Source of the DNA: Bilabrum cf. latius
Taxonomy: Eukaryota
Reading direction: 5' to 3'
Assembly (NCBI GenBank): GCA_965178125.1
Contig: OZ237740.1
Coordinates: 434,001 to 498,000 of the forward strand
Length of the DNA: 64,000 bases
Shown here: piece after piece, positions 1 to 13,392 of the stretch
Position numbering within the stretch: the stretch's first letter is position 1
Layout: each line of letters starts with the position of its first letter
Notes under the pieces: generated by a model
The model's input: the letters and a program-made list of their open reading frames with translations, nothing else
Databases searched by the model: none
Told to the model about the DNA's origin: nothing
Position numbers and translations under genes: made by a program

Positions 1-3000
1 AAGGAGCGTTTGGTGGGCTGTGGAGCACCACGGCACTATATCCGACCCGGCGAAATCCCAACTTTCGGCACTTCCGGGATTTCGGTGATTGGTACCCCTC
101 CGGATCGGGTCGAGATTTGAAGTCTAAATGAATACCAATTAAGCAATTGTTAATTGATATGGTTTGTTAGGTCTACTAACTACGTATTAGGCGGCTAGCT
201 AGCCGCTAGAGTATTCCATTGATGCTTTGTGTGGCGTAGCAAAAAATTTGCTCTGACGATGACCCGTTTTTTTCAAAGCTCTGTTTCTGCCGAACTAATA
301 GTTAATGCGTAGTAATTTAACTACCAGTGTAATTATACTATATCTTTTAGTAAAATATCAAATTACGTCCCGCCAGTTATATTGTTGTGCCGAGAAATGT
401 TATCTTAAAAAATTTCACACCAGAATTGCGCTTTGGCCAGACTGCCAGTGAATCAGCCGCTGCAGGTAAACTATAAAGATAATGATAGTGATTGTAAACT
501 TTATTACATTACTGTATATATATAATGTGTATAGGCTACTGAATATAGCATAAGCATTTCTAAGTTTGCTGGAATAGGCTCTCTGACCAGATTCACGGGA
601 GTGCGGTGGCTTGTGCTGATCATCAATTCACTCCTCAAATGTCGAATTTAGGACCCTAAGTTGCTAAATTTTAATCTCATTGTTTTGTTTATTGGTATAT
701 AAAGCATGGTACAACGTGAATTACCGTCTGAATGTTAATTTGTGGAGTTATACGCCTAGGAAAGTTGCCACGCGAATCGACCGATTCTTGCCCTTGACAT
801 GAACACGGCATAGTTCAAGTAAAACAATATTCCTCATCGATTGAGTGCTGCCATTCTCTAATGTACTCATCCATCAAGCATTTAAATGCTGCAGCATCAT
901 GAAATATTAAATGTCTGCTCTAGTCAACTGCGCTGTGCAGGGCAGCCTGCAGAAACTGTAGCAAGAATCTGACGTATCCAAGCAAAATAAACGGAAGACT
1001 GCAAATGAATCATTCGCCCACGTTTAACATAGGCACAATACATACCCAATTGGATTGTGTAAGCAAATTTAGACTGAGCAAGCTAGAAAGGAGCGGGGAA
1101 GTCAAGACAAGATTGGAGTGGTTGCTGACAGGCCCACGCCATCGCCAACTTTGAGCGCAATGATATGCCCACGTAAAGCACTAACACATACATGGCCTCA
1201 CGTATAGTATGTATTATAGTATTATCTACATAGGTTTTGGAAGCAATAGCTGAAACAATCCTGTTTCATGATTTCAGGCAGTAAACGAACTCCTAGTATC
1301 GGATCAAGTTTCTGACAGAGACCAACCAAGGCCCGCGGTTGAATTCCTGTAGAGCTTCATTCATTGCTGGGTTATCTAAATGAAGGCATGCATGCAATGT
1401 ATAGCATATAATACTTATAGTGAGGCTGTCATGGAAGGCTTCCGTCGTGTATTGTGGAAGATAAGTGCGACAGTATGGTTGATCCATGGCAAGTGGTGCG
1501 AGGATTTGTGTGGAGCCTGCAAGTCATGTCAAGTACATCTCAAACATTAGGGATTCCAGCTGATCTACGCCCTAGATAGGTCATTATGTGTATAAACAAT
1601 CCACCAACAAGATTGCAGCTTCTTCGTCCTCTTGTGCAAATCGAACTGCTGTGTCATTGCTTAGCCCACCAGCTTGCATGCTACAAGCCCAAGTGCACCG
1701 ACCGTTGTGCACGTTCAATATCTTGCCAAATATAGACTCAAACTCAATATTGAAGCTACTTTATGATAAATATGAATACAAAATATGTATACACGTATTC
1801 ATAGCTCCAAGTACTCCTTATTCAGCATGGAATTGTAGACTGAACCACATAGTCTGGAAAGCGTCAGACACCAACTTGGGGACTCTGTTCCTAGAGTCAA
1901 AACTTCCTTATATTTTCATGAAAGCACTATCTGCTGCCCATTTATTCTAATATATTAATCTATTAGTATGTAACAGGTGCTGAACTATTATTATTGCGAA
2001 CAGATTTGGCCCAAGCTTCATATATGCAGCATGTGTTCGCCAACAGCACATTGAACACACGTGCATACTTTCACTGCACTCAAATTGGTTCATACTTGCT
2101 ACAATACTAGTGTATATATATATGACAATATTGATCAAATATGAGGTCATTCAGACGCAATATAGCTTCGAAATCATGGAAAGGGTGCCTGGTGGCGCAG
2201 CAGCTGCTAGCATACAAAGTCACTGATCGGCGCATAATGAACTCTTTATCACCTTTAGGTGTTACATACATGTGTAAATAGTATAATATGATAGCTTGGG
2301 TATCATAAACAATCCAAAAAACACTTCTGTACGCCTGGCATAGACATATTTCAGAAATTATTACGGGTTCGAGCTTCGTCAGATATTTGGATGCATGCGC
2401 TATGATTGATTCAGTTACCACTACATAGTATATATATGCATGTACACATGTTATATCGATGGCGATGTGGGGTAAAAGACATTGCATTAGTGAGCAACAC
2501 GATGCATTCTGCCAACCCTTGACACATGGACGCTCAGCCATGGTGACAGGAAAATTGAACAATTAGGGGTACTTTCAACGTTTAGCACAAGACTCGCGAA
2601 TAAATTGTGTGTAACGATCATATAAACATCAAATTTTGGCATGTGGGAAGCAAATACGTTGTATTATTCCTATAGAGCTTCGATTCAATGCTGTTGGGGT
2701 ACCTGGAAATTCCCTTGATAAAATTTCTCCAGTTGCCTAAAAGTTCGCTCTAGACCACCTAATCGTATATTTAGTAAGTATTATTATAAGAACAGGGCCG
2801 ACTACAACCTTTAGGGGCAGCATTGTTCTTATTTTTGATTGGACAATTTTCGATGAGTCGAGCTCAGCAACGTCGGGTGGAGTCAACGTTCTTCACATTT
2901 TCTGCTAGAGAATAATATTGCGGAGCCGCTCAAGACTGTCATAGAAATTATATTACCTACTTAATTTGTGGATTAAGTATGGGATAAAAAACGGAGGACG

Positions 3001-4157
3001 TATTTTTGTATTTGCCACTTGAAAATCGAACCTAAGAGATTGGGGGCCGTCGAGTTGAGGGCTAGTACAGACTGTCAGTTTGGGACCCAGGTACCCAAAT
3101 ACAGTGATATCAATTATTTATTATCTAATATATATAATAGTATTCGTTATATGTGTATTTTGGGACATGTTTTGAAGATATCGTTGCCATTTCATGTGGC
3201 ATGCTTTCGTGACCCGCACGGGATCGAGCACCAGCTGCGTGGCGGAGGCAAATGTTTGCACACCTTGAATCTCGCCCACTGCTTGTATCCAGGAGGTAAT
3301 ACTACTGTAATAGTTGAATAACTATACTAATATACATAAAGAGGTTTTATTTTAAACAAATACTTGATTTTACAGCAGATACGTACAGTTGAATGCCAAC
3401 CTTACGAAATTTCGTCACCGAACCTTACGAAAGTTCGTACAATTTCGCCGGGTCGGATATCAGGCTGCAGGACGGCCAAATCGCTGCATGGACCGATCAA
3501 GGGGAGCCGTACGGCGGTCTTATCGTATGGGACATGGCGACCAAGAAGGCCCGCTTCGCCGCTGACTGCTTCCTGCTGGAAGGCAACCCGAAATGCGAGG
3601 ACTGGGAAGAGATCATGGAGGACAATGGATATGCAGAAGGCACCCTTGTACAGGTGGGGCCCTCCGTGGTGGCCCTGCTGCTGCAGAAGTACAAGTACGG
3701 CATCGTGCTCATCGACGTCGATCGCATGGAGCAGGTGGGGCTGGCAGCGGAGGGCGAGCACATCCACCTGGCCGAGGCCGTGCATGTGGAGGGCATGGAC
3801 CATGCCATGCTGGTGGCTGGGACCGTGAGTCCTGGTAAACTGCAGGTTTGGTGTCCTGTGGATGGTGACGCAGGTTGGTACAAGAAGCAGCAGGAGGTGG
3901 AGCTCGGCGAGAAGGTGACTGGAGTGACGGCTCTGAAGGCAATTCCGGGGGGCAAGCTGCTCGTGTCTGCACGCCAGGGGGAGTTCCACGACATGCCATT
4001 CGAGAACCACCCCTTCAAGTGCTTCGAGCTGAATGGAGTCAACGTGAAGCTTGCGGCTGCGACTGGGCCCATCGATGATGAGACTGCTGCCGCCGGTGTA
4101 AGCGGGAGCATGCTGCTCCAGGCGGTGGAGGCGCATGCCTACCCGAAGTCTAGCTGA
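1..4157 (+). pseudogene. Copy A of host gene X (paralog of 26810-28219), interrupted by the TIR element; 5' part lies outside the window
   Basis: 3458-4157 translates nearly identically to the C-terminal half of the 26774-28219 ORF, and bases 2-40 (KERLVGCGAPRHY) align to KEPLAGCTVPAHY. The MPTLRNF... start of ORF 3393 comes from transposon sequence. Confidence 0.8.
42..3456. mobile_element. AT-rich TIR DNA transposon (~3.4 kb), transposase not recognised
   Basis: 38-56 atatccgacccggcgaaat is the exact reverse complement of 3442-3460. Joined flanks (cactat/atcaggctg) restore ...RHY-IRLQDG, matching the paralog at ~27482-27540 (PAHYIRLQDG). The TSD is ATAT (element 42-3456) or TA (element 41-3457), ambiguous because the site is palindromic. 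Confidence 0.85.
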
Positions 4158-4809
4158 TCGGATCAGGGGAATACAGACCACAAATATTGTGGATTCGGAA
4201 TCTGGAATTGTTTCAAATTGGGAGTCGAAGCCGGAAGTAAGACTTTTTGGGGAGACGTCAAAATCCCTGCGCGGCGCCGGTCGGCCGGCGACCGATCGTA
4301 GCCCATCGTCGGGGCGATAATTCGTACCCTTTGTCGCTCCGCGATATGGTTCGGTGGCATCGAAGATCATCGCTGCCCGATCCGGATGGGCCGCTGGTCG
4401 TCGGTGCCCATCGCCCGCCGATAGTCGGCCCCACATCGCGGCGCGATGGGCGCCGGAGCCCGCCGGCGCAGCTCGTGGGGCGATGAGACCGAAAACCAGA
4501 ATCCCGGCTTTGGGCCTTGCTGCTTAGTGCGAATGATTCAGAATTGATACTAATTGTATAGTGCGCAATGATTGTGACTCCTGGTGGCCATGTCTCAGCC
4601 CAACAGAGCGATTCAGTTCATGGGTTGCGACCACCCAATACTCGCGATCCGATCCGATCTTCCGGCCACACGACCGTGGCACTACACCTTCCTAAGCTCA
4701 GCTGTAGTCAGATAATACTGATGCTGGTGGTGTGGCTAGCTGGCCCCCCATCGTTCTCCTCCTCTGCCCCTCCCTCCCTCTCCTCGGTGCGGCTGGCTCG
4801 AGGATGCTA

Positions 4810-7800
4810 GTGGTGGTGTGGCTGTCCTCCTGTGCCTCGTCCTCCTCCTCTGCTGTCCTCGTGCTCCGTGGTGTGGCTGTCCACCGGTGCATCGTCCTCC
4901 TCCTCTGCTGTCCTCGTGCTTGTAATCCGCCTCATCTGCTGTCCTCCTGCTCCGTGGTGTGGCTGTCCACCTGTGCATCGTCCGCCTCCCCTGCTGCCCT
5001 CCTGCTCCGTGGTGTGGCTGTCCACCGGTGCATCGTCCGCCTCCTCTGCTGTCCTCCTGCTCCGTGGTGTGGCTGTCCCCCCTGTGCATCGTCCGCCTCC
5101 TCTGCTGTCCTCCTGCTCCGTGGTGTGGCTGTCCCCCCTGTGCATCGTCCGCCTCCCCTGCTGCCCTCCTGCTCCGTGGTGTGGCTGTCCTCCTGTGCAT
5201 CGTCCGCCTCCCCTGCTGTCCTCCTGCTCCGTGGTGTGGCTGTCCTCCCTGTGCATCGTCCGCCTCCTCTGCTGTCCTCCTGCTCCGTGGTGTGGCTGTC
5301 CCCCCTGTGCATCGTCCGCCTCCCCTGCTGCCCTCCTGCTCCGTGGTGTGGCTGTCCTCCCTGTGCATCGTCCGCCTCCTCTGCTGTCCTCCTGCTCCGT
5401 GGTGTGGCTGTCCACCTGTGCCTCGTCCGCCTCCTCTGCTGCCCTCCTGCTCCGTGGTGTGGCTGTCCCCCCTGTGCATCGTCCGCCTCCTCTGCTGTCC
5501 TCCTGCTCCGTGGTGTGGCTGTCCTCCTGTGCATCGTCCGCCTCCCCTGCTGTCCTCCTGCTCCGTGGTGTGGCTGTCCCCCCTGTGCATCGTCCGCCTC
5601 CCCTGCTGCCCTCCTGCTCCGTGGTGTGGCTGTCCTCCTGTGCATCGTCCGCCTCCCCTGCTGCCCTCCTGCTCCGTGGTGTGGCTGTCCACCTGTGCAT
5701 CGTCCGCCTCCTCTGCTGTCCTCCTGCTCCGTGGTGTGGCTGTCCTCCTGTGCATCGTCCGCCTCCTCTGCTGTCCTCCTGCTCCATGGTGTGGCTGTCC
5801 CCCCTCTGCCTCAGCCGCCTCCTCTGCTGTCCTCCTGCTCCGTGGTGTGGCTGTCCTCCTGTGCATCGTCCGCCTCCCCTGCTGCCCTCCTGCTCCGTGG
5901 TGTGACTGTCCCCCCTGTGCATCGTCCGCCTCCCCTGCTGTCCTCCTGCTCCGTGGTGTGGCTGTCCTCCTGTGCATCGTCCGCCTCCTCTGCTGTCCTC
6001 CTGCTCCGTGGTGTGGCTGTCCTCCTGTGCATCGTCCGCCTCCTCTGCTGCCCTCCTGCTCCGTGGTGTGGCTGTCCACCGGTGCATCGTCCGCCTCCTC
6101 TGCTGTCCTCCTGCTCCGTGGTGTGGCTGTCCCCCCTGTGCATCGTCCGCCTCCTCTGCTGTCCTCCTGCTCCGTGGTGTGGCTGTCCTCCTGTGCATCG
6201 TCCGCCTCCCCTGCTGTCCTCCTGCTCCGTGGTGTGGCTGTCCTCCTGTGCATCGTCCGCCTCCCCTGCTGTCCTCCTGCTCCGTGGTGTGGCTGTCCCC
6301 CCTGTGCATCATCCGCCTCCTCTGCTGCCCTCCTGCTCCGTGGTGTGGCTGTCCTCCTGTGCCTCGTCCGCCTCCTCTGCTGTCCTCCTGCTCCGTGGTG
6401 TGGCTGTCCTCCCTGTGCATCGTCCGCCTCCTCTGCTGTCCTCCTGCTCCGTGGTGTGGCTGTCCTCCTGTGCATCGTCCGCCTCCTCTGCTGCCCTCCT
6501 GCTCCGTGGTGTGGCTGTCCCCCTGTGCATCGTCCGCCTCCTCTGCTGTCCTCCTGCTCCGTGGTGTGGCTGTCCCCCCGGTGCCTCGTCCTCCTCCTCT
6601 GCTGTCCTCCTGCTCCGTGGTGTAGCTGTCCTCCTGTGCATCGTCCGCCTCCTCTGCTGTCCTCCTGCTCCGTGGTGTGGCTGTCCTCCTGTGCCTCGTC
6701 CGCCTCCTCTGCTGTCCTCCTGCTCCGTGGTGTGGCTGTCCCCCCTGTGCATCGTCCGCCTCCTCTGCTGTCCTCCTGCTCCGTGGTGTGGCTGTCCCCC
6801 CTGTGCATCGTCCGCCTCCTCTGCTGTCCTCCTGCTCCGTGGTGTGGCTGTCCCCCCTGTGCATCGTCCGCCTCTCCTGCTGTCCTCCTGCTCCGTGGTG
6901 TGGCTGTCCCCCCTGTGCCTCGTCCGCCTCCTATGCTGCCCTCGTGCTCCGTGGTGTGGCTGTCCCCCCTGTGCATCGTCCGCCTCCCCTGCTGTCCTCC
7001 TGCTCCGTGGTGTGGCTGTCCTCCTGTGCATCGTCCGCCTCCTCTGCTGTCCTCCTGCTCCGTGGTGTGGCTGTCCCCCCTGTGCATCGTCCGCCTCCTC
7101 TGCTGTCCTCCTGCTCCGTGGTGTGGCTGTCCCCCCTGTGCCTCGTCCGCCTCCTCTGCTGCCCTCCTGCTCCGTGGTGTGGCTGTCCCCCTGTGCATCG
7201 TCCGCCTCCCCTGCTGCCCTCCTGCTCCGTGGTGTGGCTGTCCACCTGTGCATCGTCCGCCTCCCCTGCTGTCCTCCTGCTCCGTGGTGTGGCTGTCCTC
7301 CTGTGCATCGTCCGCCTCCTCTGCTGTCCTCCTGCTCCGTGGTGTGGCTGTCCTCCTGTGCATCGTCCGCCTCCTCTGCTGTCGTCCTGCTCCGTGGTGT
7401 GGCTGTCCCTCCTGTGCATCGTCCGCCTCCTCTGCTGTCCTCCTGCTCCGTGGTGTGGCTGTCCCCCCTGTGCATCGTCCGCCTCCTCTGCTGTCCTCCT
7501 GCTCCGTGGTGTGGCTGTCCTCCTGTGCATCGTCCGCCTCCTATGCTGCCCTCCTGCTCCGTGGTGTGGCTGTCCCCCCTGTGCATCGTCCGCCTCCTCT
7601 GCTGTCCTCCTGCTCCGTGGTGTAGCTGTCCCTCCTGTGCATCGTCCGCCTCCTCTGCTGTCCTCCTGCTCCGTGGTGTGGCTGTCCCCCCTGTGCCTCG
7701 TCCGCCTCCTCTGCTGCCCTCCTGCTCCGTGGTGTGGCTGTCCTCCTGTGCATCGTCCGCCTCCCCTGCTGTCCTCCTGCTCCGTGGTGTGGCTGTCCCC

Positions 7801-10110
7801 CCGGTGCCTCGTCCTCCTCATCTGCTGTCCTCCTGCTCCGTGGTGTAGCTGTCCTCCTGTGCCTCGTCCGCCTCCTCTGCTGTCCTCCTGCTCCGTGGTG
7901 TGGCTGTCCCCCCGGTGCCTCGCCCGCCTCCTCTGCTGTCCTCCTGCTCCGTGGTGTGGCTGTCCTCCTGTGCCTCGTCCGCCTCCTCTGCTGTCCTCCT
8001 GCTCCGTGGTGTGGCTGTCCCCCCTGTGCCTCGTCCGCCTCCTCTGCTGTCCTCCTGCTCCGTGGTGTGACTGTCCCCCCTGTGCATCGTCCGCCTCCTC
8101 TGCTGTCCTCCTGCTCCGTGGTGTGGCTGTCCCCCCTGTGCCTCGTCCGCCTCCTATGCTGCCCTCCTGCTCCGTGGTGTGGCTGTCCCCCCTGTGCCTC
8201 GTCCGCCTCCTCTGCTGCCCTCCTGCTCCGTGGTGTGGCTGTCCTCCTGTGCATCGTCCGCCTCCTATGCTGTCCTCCTGCTCCGTGGTGTGGCTGTCCC
8301 CCCTGTGCATCGTCCGCCTCCTCTGCTGTCCTCCTGCTCCGTGGTGTGGCTGTCCCCCCTGTGCATCGTCCGCCTCCTCTGCTGTCCTCCTGCTCCGTGG
8401 TGTGGCTGTCCTCCTGTGCATCGTCCGCCTCCTCTGCTGTCCTCCTGCTCCGTGGTGTAGCTGTCCTCCTGTGCATCGTCCGCCTCCTCTGCTGTCCTCC
8501 TGCTCCGTGGTGTGGCTGTCCCCCCGGTGCCTCGCCCGCCTCCTCTGCTGTCCTCCTGCTCCGTGGTGTGGCTGTCCTCCTGTGCCTCGTCCGCCTCCTC
8601 TGCTGTCCTCCTGCTCCGTGGTGTGGCTGTCCACCTGTGCATCGTCCGCCTCCCCTGCTGTCCTCCTGCTCCGTGGTGTGGCTGTCCTCCTGTGCATCGT
8701 CCGCCTCCCCTGCTGCCCTCCTGCTCCGTGGTGTGGCTGTCCACCTGTGCCTCGTCCGCCTCCTCTGCTGTCCTCCTGCTCCGTGGTGTGGCTGTCCCCC
8801 CTGTGCATCGTCCGCCTCCTCTGCTGTCCTCCTGCTCCGTGGTGTGGCTGTCCCCCCTGTGCATCGTCCGCCTCCTCTGCTGTCCTCCTGCTCCGTGGTG
8901 TGGCTGTCCCCCCTGTGCATCGTCCGCCTCCCCTGCTGCCCTCCTGCTCCGTGGTGTGGCTGTCCCCCCTGTGCCTCGTCCGCCTCCTATGCTGCCCTCG
9001 TGCTCCGTGGTGTGGCTGTCCCCCCTGTGCATCGTCCGCCTCCCCTGCTGTCCTCCTGCTCCGTGGTGTGGCTGTCCTCCTGTGCATCGTCCGCCTCCTC
9101 TGCTGTCCTCCTGCTCCGTGGTGTAGCTGTCCTCCTGTGCATCGTCCGCCTCCTCTGCTGTCCTCCTGCTCCGTGGTGTGGCTGTCCCCCCGGTGCCTCG
9201 CCCGCCTCCTCTGCTGTCCTCCTGCTCCGTGGTGTGGCTGTCCTCCTGTGCCTCGTCCGCCTCCTCTGCTGTCCTCCTGCTCCGTGGTGTGGCTGTCCAC
9301 CTGTGCATCGTCCGCCTCCCCTGCTGTCCTCCTGCTCCGTGGTGTGGCTGTCCTCCTGTGCATCGTCCGCCTCCCCTGCTGCCCTCCTGCTCCGTGGTGT
9401 GGCTGTCCACCTGTGCCTCGTCCGCCTCCTCTGCTGTCCTCCTGCTCCGTGGTGTGGCTGTCCTCCTGTGCCTCGTCCGCCTCCTCTGCCTCGTCCTGCT
9501 CCGTGGTGTGGCTGTCCTCCTGTGCATCGTCCGCCTCCTCTGCTGTCCTCCTGCTCCGTGGTGTGGCTGTCCTCCTGTGCCTCGTCCGCCTCCTCTGCCT
9601 CGTCCTGCTCCGTGGTGTGGCTGTCCCCCTGTGCATCGTCCGCCTCCTCTGCTGTCCTCCTGCTCCGTGGTGTGACTGTCCACCTGTGCCTCGTCCTCCT
9701 CCCCTGCTGTCCTCCTGCTCCGTGGTGTGGCTGTCCTCCTGTGCCTCGTCCGCCTCCTATGCTGCCCTCCTGCTCCGTGGTGTGGCTGTCCCCCCTGTGC
9801 ATCGTCCGCCTCCTCTGCTGTCCTCCTGCTCCGTGGTGTGGCTGTCCTCCTGTGCATCGTCCGCCTCCTCTGCTGTCCTCCTGCTCCGTGGTGTGGCTGT
9901 CCTCCTGTGCATCGTCCGCCTCCTCTGCTGCCCTCCTGCTCCGTGGTGTGGCTGTCCCCCTGTGCATCGTCCGCCTCCTCTGCCTCGTCCTGCTCCGTGG
10001 TGTGGCTGTCCTCCTGTGCATCGTCCGCCTCCTCTGCTGTCCTCCTGCTCCGTGGTGTGGCTGTCCTCCTGTGCATCGTCCGCCTCCTCTGCTGCCCTCC
10101 TGCTCCGTGG
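4810..10110. repeat. Minisatellite, 55/56-bp unit (ctccgtggtgtggctgtcctcctgtgcatcgtccgcctcctctgctgtcctcctg), roughly 95 copies
   Basis: Directly visible tandem array with few variant sites and some 52-bp units near the 3' end. The long ORFs in all six frames are artefacts of the repeat. Confidence 0.97.
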
Positions 10111-12470
10111 CCGTGCACAGCACTGGGAGTTCACTTTGATACCTGGCCATACACGCGCTTTCGACGTGGCATTACATACGGCAAAGGGCAATACCACGTC
10201 AGTGCAATACCCCGCATGTGGGTAACGGCGGGGCAAGCACTGACTGGCAGTGAACCGATACAGGGCTGTTACTTCGCGCTGTACGCGGTTGTAACCGCTT
10301 TGCCAAGACAATCCAAGCCTTGGCATAGCCGTGAGGCATGGTGACTCGGCAGCCCATAACTGAGCTGCCCGACCACTAGCACATGACCTGGAGATAGAGC
10401 CAGGTCGGTCACTAGACACACGCGTGTCTACAAAGGTGGCAATACGCCACCGCCCTGAGAGCCAAGCATCGTAGCGAGGACTGTAGACCATGACGAAACA
10501 ATCTCGCAGTGATAGATCCCTCGCTTGCGGCTTCCGGTACATGCAAATTGTACTGGTCAACTTTGCTGTTGATCATGGTGCTTCACGATTGGGTGCGTGC
10601 ACTGACGCTCTGCCGCTGCTCTGCTCGTTCCAGCCGCCGCAGCAGGTCTCTTTGTAGTTTACCGGCAGTGATATGACTGCGCCTTCCAACAGAAACAAGA
10701 ATGCAACGGCGAGGTATCAGCTGACACCAACGGGGGTGATGCCGCAGGAGAGGATTCCACCGCACCAACATTCATCAACAACGGCGTGCTGACCAGGCAC
10801 GTGACGTATTCTCGTGTCAGGCACAGCGCCCACGATTGGAGGGGCGGACGGTGCTCCCTTCCATCTCACCGACGACGTCATGTTCTTCAAGATTCCCACC
10901 CCTATCGAACATGGGACCGAGATGACGCGTCAAGCTGCAATCAGACTGCTGTAGCCAGCACTCCGGGTCATCATAGTCTATGCACTCGAATACTCGTCAC
11001 CTCAACTACGGTTGAGAAGGGCGGGTCTAAGGGCAGGTGTTTCTTTCCCGACGTTCCTAGTCGGTTTCTTCACCACCTCATCGGAGGCAAGGCGCCTTTT
11101 CTGTCTACGCGCAACTGGGCCCGCCCGCCGCGGGGGGCGGGCCTAGTACATCCTGTACCTTAGGGCACCTGCGACAACGGCAACAACTCAACCGGCACCG
11201 GATCCACTCCGGGCGCCTATCAGCCCAAATTGAACCGCCACGCCCCAAGGGCATTCATGCCCGAATAGAGCCCACGAGCGAATTTGCACGTTCCGCACAA
11301 GTTGGCTATTCGGATGCCTAACTTTGCATCTGTAGATCCGTTCGGGTACGAGTGGGATGGTTGAGTTGGCACCCGAAGATTTGGCTAGGATCCGGAGAAT
11401 AGTACCGGAGCGCGTCCCCACAGGACTGAAGCGGAGCGCATCATGACGCGCACAAATTACCCTTGGATGGCTCGGCAGCACTGCACGCGAGGTGCCGTGG
11501 AGGATATGTGGAGACAGGCAACATTAATTGGAAGCAGATCGAGCCCGACGACCAGGCCTACTGCAGCAGCGAGGACCACGCCACCTGGTCATCGGCTTCA
11601 ATACGCGTTCCGCGCAGCAGATCGAGCGTACACGAGCACCTGAGTCAGACTGGCAACACCCGATCGACCAACACACGCACGATCGACAACAAATCAAAGT
11701 GGTGAGGGCGGGCCGAGGGCGGCCGCCCTGTGGTGGTGCTGGCGGAGGGCCAGCCCACACCATCACTGTCGCCGTCTTTCTCAGCAACTGTACCCGGCAG
11801 GGTAGATAACGATTAAGTATGCCACAGATCCATCAACTCTGTACGGTCTGTTTCAAATTGGGAGTCGGAGCGCGCGGAGACTTCCGGTTTGATCGGACCG
11901 TGGAGAGTGGCCCTGGAATCTGGCACCCTTGTGGGAGCACGCGCAATAACTAGCGGAAAAAAGATATAAATCTGCGGCACAAGGTAACTGATACCTAGTG
12001 CACGAGGCGCACAACGGATGTTGTAGCTAAAGTTGACCCACTCACCCGTAAGCTGAACAGAGGGGGTGCGACCACAAGTGGAGCACCACCCATCACGCCA
12101 AGGGCGATGAAGGGGATTCGAACTAGGGGACTCAGCACAGTGCTAATGATGTATGTTTTGTATGAACAGATCCATCAACTCTCTACGGTCGCGCTGGGGA
12201 CGAGTCATATGGCCTTGATCCTGACCATGCCGGTCTTATACATCCCCCAGCACCTGCGGTAGGAGCTCCAAATGTGCAGAACCTCCACGGAGAAGCAGCA
12301 CAGCTGGCAGCCCCCATGGCTTGAGCTGATCAGTGAGATAATCCTCCCGGTCGATGTAGCCTTCGGGTGACTAGTTAGCCTGGGTAGCGTGTAGTTTGAA
12401 TAACATTAATTTATCGTCTCTGGGTGTGGTTTGGTTGAAGGAACAAATCTAAACCGTAGTCTAGGTTCAA

Positions 12471-13343
12471 AAGCGACCTCCCATCACGGATGCTGCAGTG
12501 CACCACACACTCGCAGCACCCTGCCCCCAGCCCATCTCAAAAGCGACCTCCCATCACGGATGCTGCAGTGCGCCACACTCTCGCAGCACCCTGCCCCCAG
12601 CCCATCTCAAAAGCGACCTCCCATCACGGATGCTGCAGTGCGCCATACACTCGCAGCACCCTGCCCCCAGCCCATCTCAAAAGCGACCTCCCATCACGGA
12701 TGCTGCAGTGCGCCACACTCTCGCAGCACCCTGCCCCCAGCCCATCTCAAAAGCGACCTCCCATCACGGATGCTGCAGTGCGCCACACACTCGCAGCACC
12801 CTGCCCCCAGCCCATCTCAAAAGCGACCTCCCATCACGGATGCTGCAGTGCACCACACACTCGCAGCACCCTGCCCCCAGCCCATCTCAAAAGCGACCTC
12901 CCATCACGGATGCTGCAGTGCACCACACACTCGCAGCACCCTGCCCCCAGCCCATCTCAAAAGCGACCTCCCATCACGGATGCTGCAGTGCGCCACACTC
13001 TCGCAGCACCCTGCCCCCAGCCCATCTCAAAAGCGACCTCCCATCACGGATGCTGCAGTGCGCCACACTCTCGCAGCACCCTGCCCCCAGCCCATCTCAA
13101 AAGCGACCTCCCATCACGGATGCTGCAGTGCACCACACACTCGCAGCACCCTGCCCCCAGCCCATCTCAAAAGCGACCTCCCATCACGGATGCTGCAGTG
13201 CGCCACACTCTCGCAGCACCCTGCCCCCAGCCCATCTCAAAAGCGACCTCCCATCACGGATGCTGCAGTGCGCCATACACTCGCAGCACCCTGCCCCCAG
13301 CCCAATTCAAAAGCGACCTCCCATCACGGATGCTGCAGTGCAC
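12471..13343. repeat. 70-bp tandem array, 12 full copies plus a partial (aagcgacctcccatcacggatgctgcagtg...cccatctcaa)
   Basis: Units start every 70 bp from 12471 to 13311. The array ends ~50 bp past the stop of the minus-strand MACPF gene. Confidence 0.97.
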
Positions 13344-13392
13344 CTCACAATCATCGTACCCAATCCGGCCCATCCAGAAGTGATGTGACCTC

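Noticed and set aside
3402-4436. Minus-strand ORFs opposite gene X (also 27272-28198)
   Set aside because: Shadow ORFs of a GC3-rich plus-strand gene.
4732-10560. Very long ORFs (up to 1182 aa) in all six frames
   Set aside because: They arise from a stop-poor 55/56-bp satellite whose unit length is not a multiple of three.
11116-11146. GC hairpin ending in CTAG as a Helitron 3' end
   Set aside because: The CTAG is part of the stem rather than downstream of it, and no Rep/helicase is seen.
12100-12150. Reverse B-box-like GTTCGAATCCCC as a host tRNA
   Set aside because: No cloverleaf could be built; at most a degenerate tRNA or SINE fragment.
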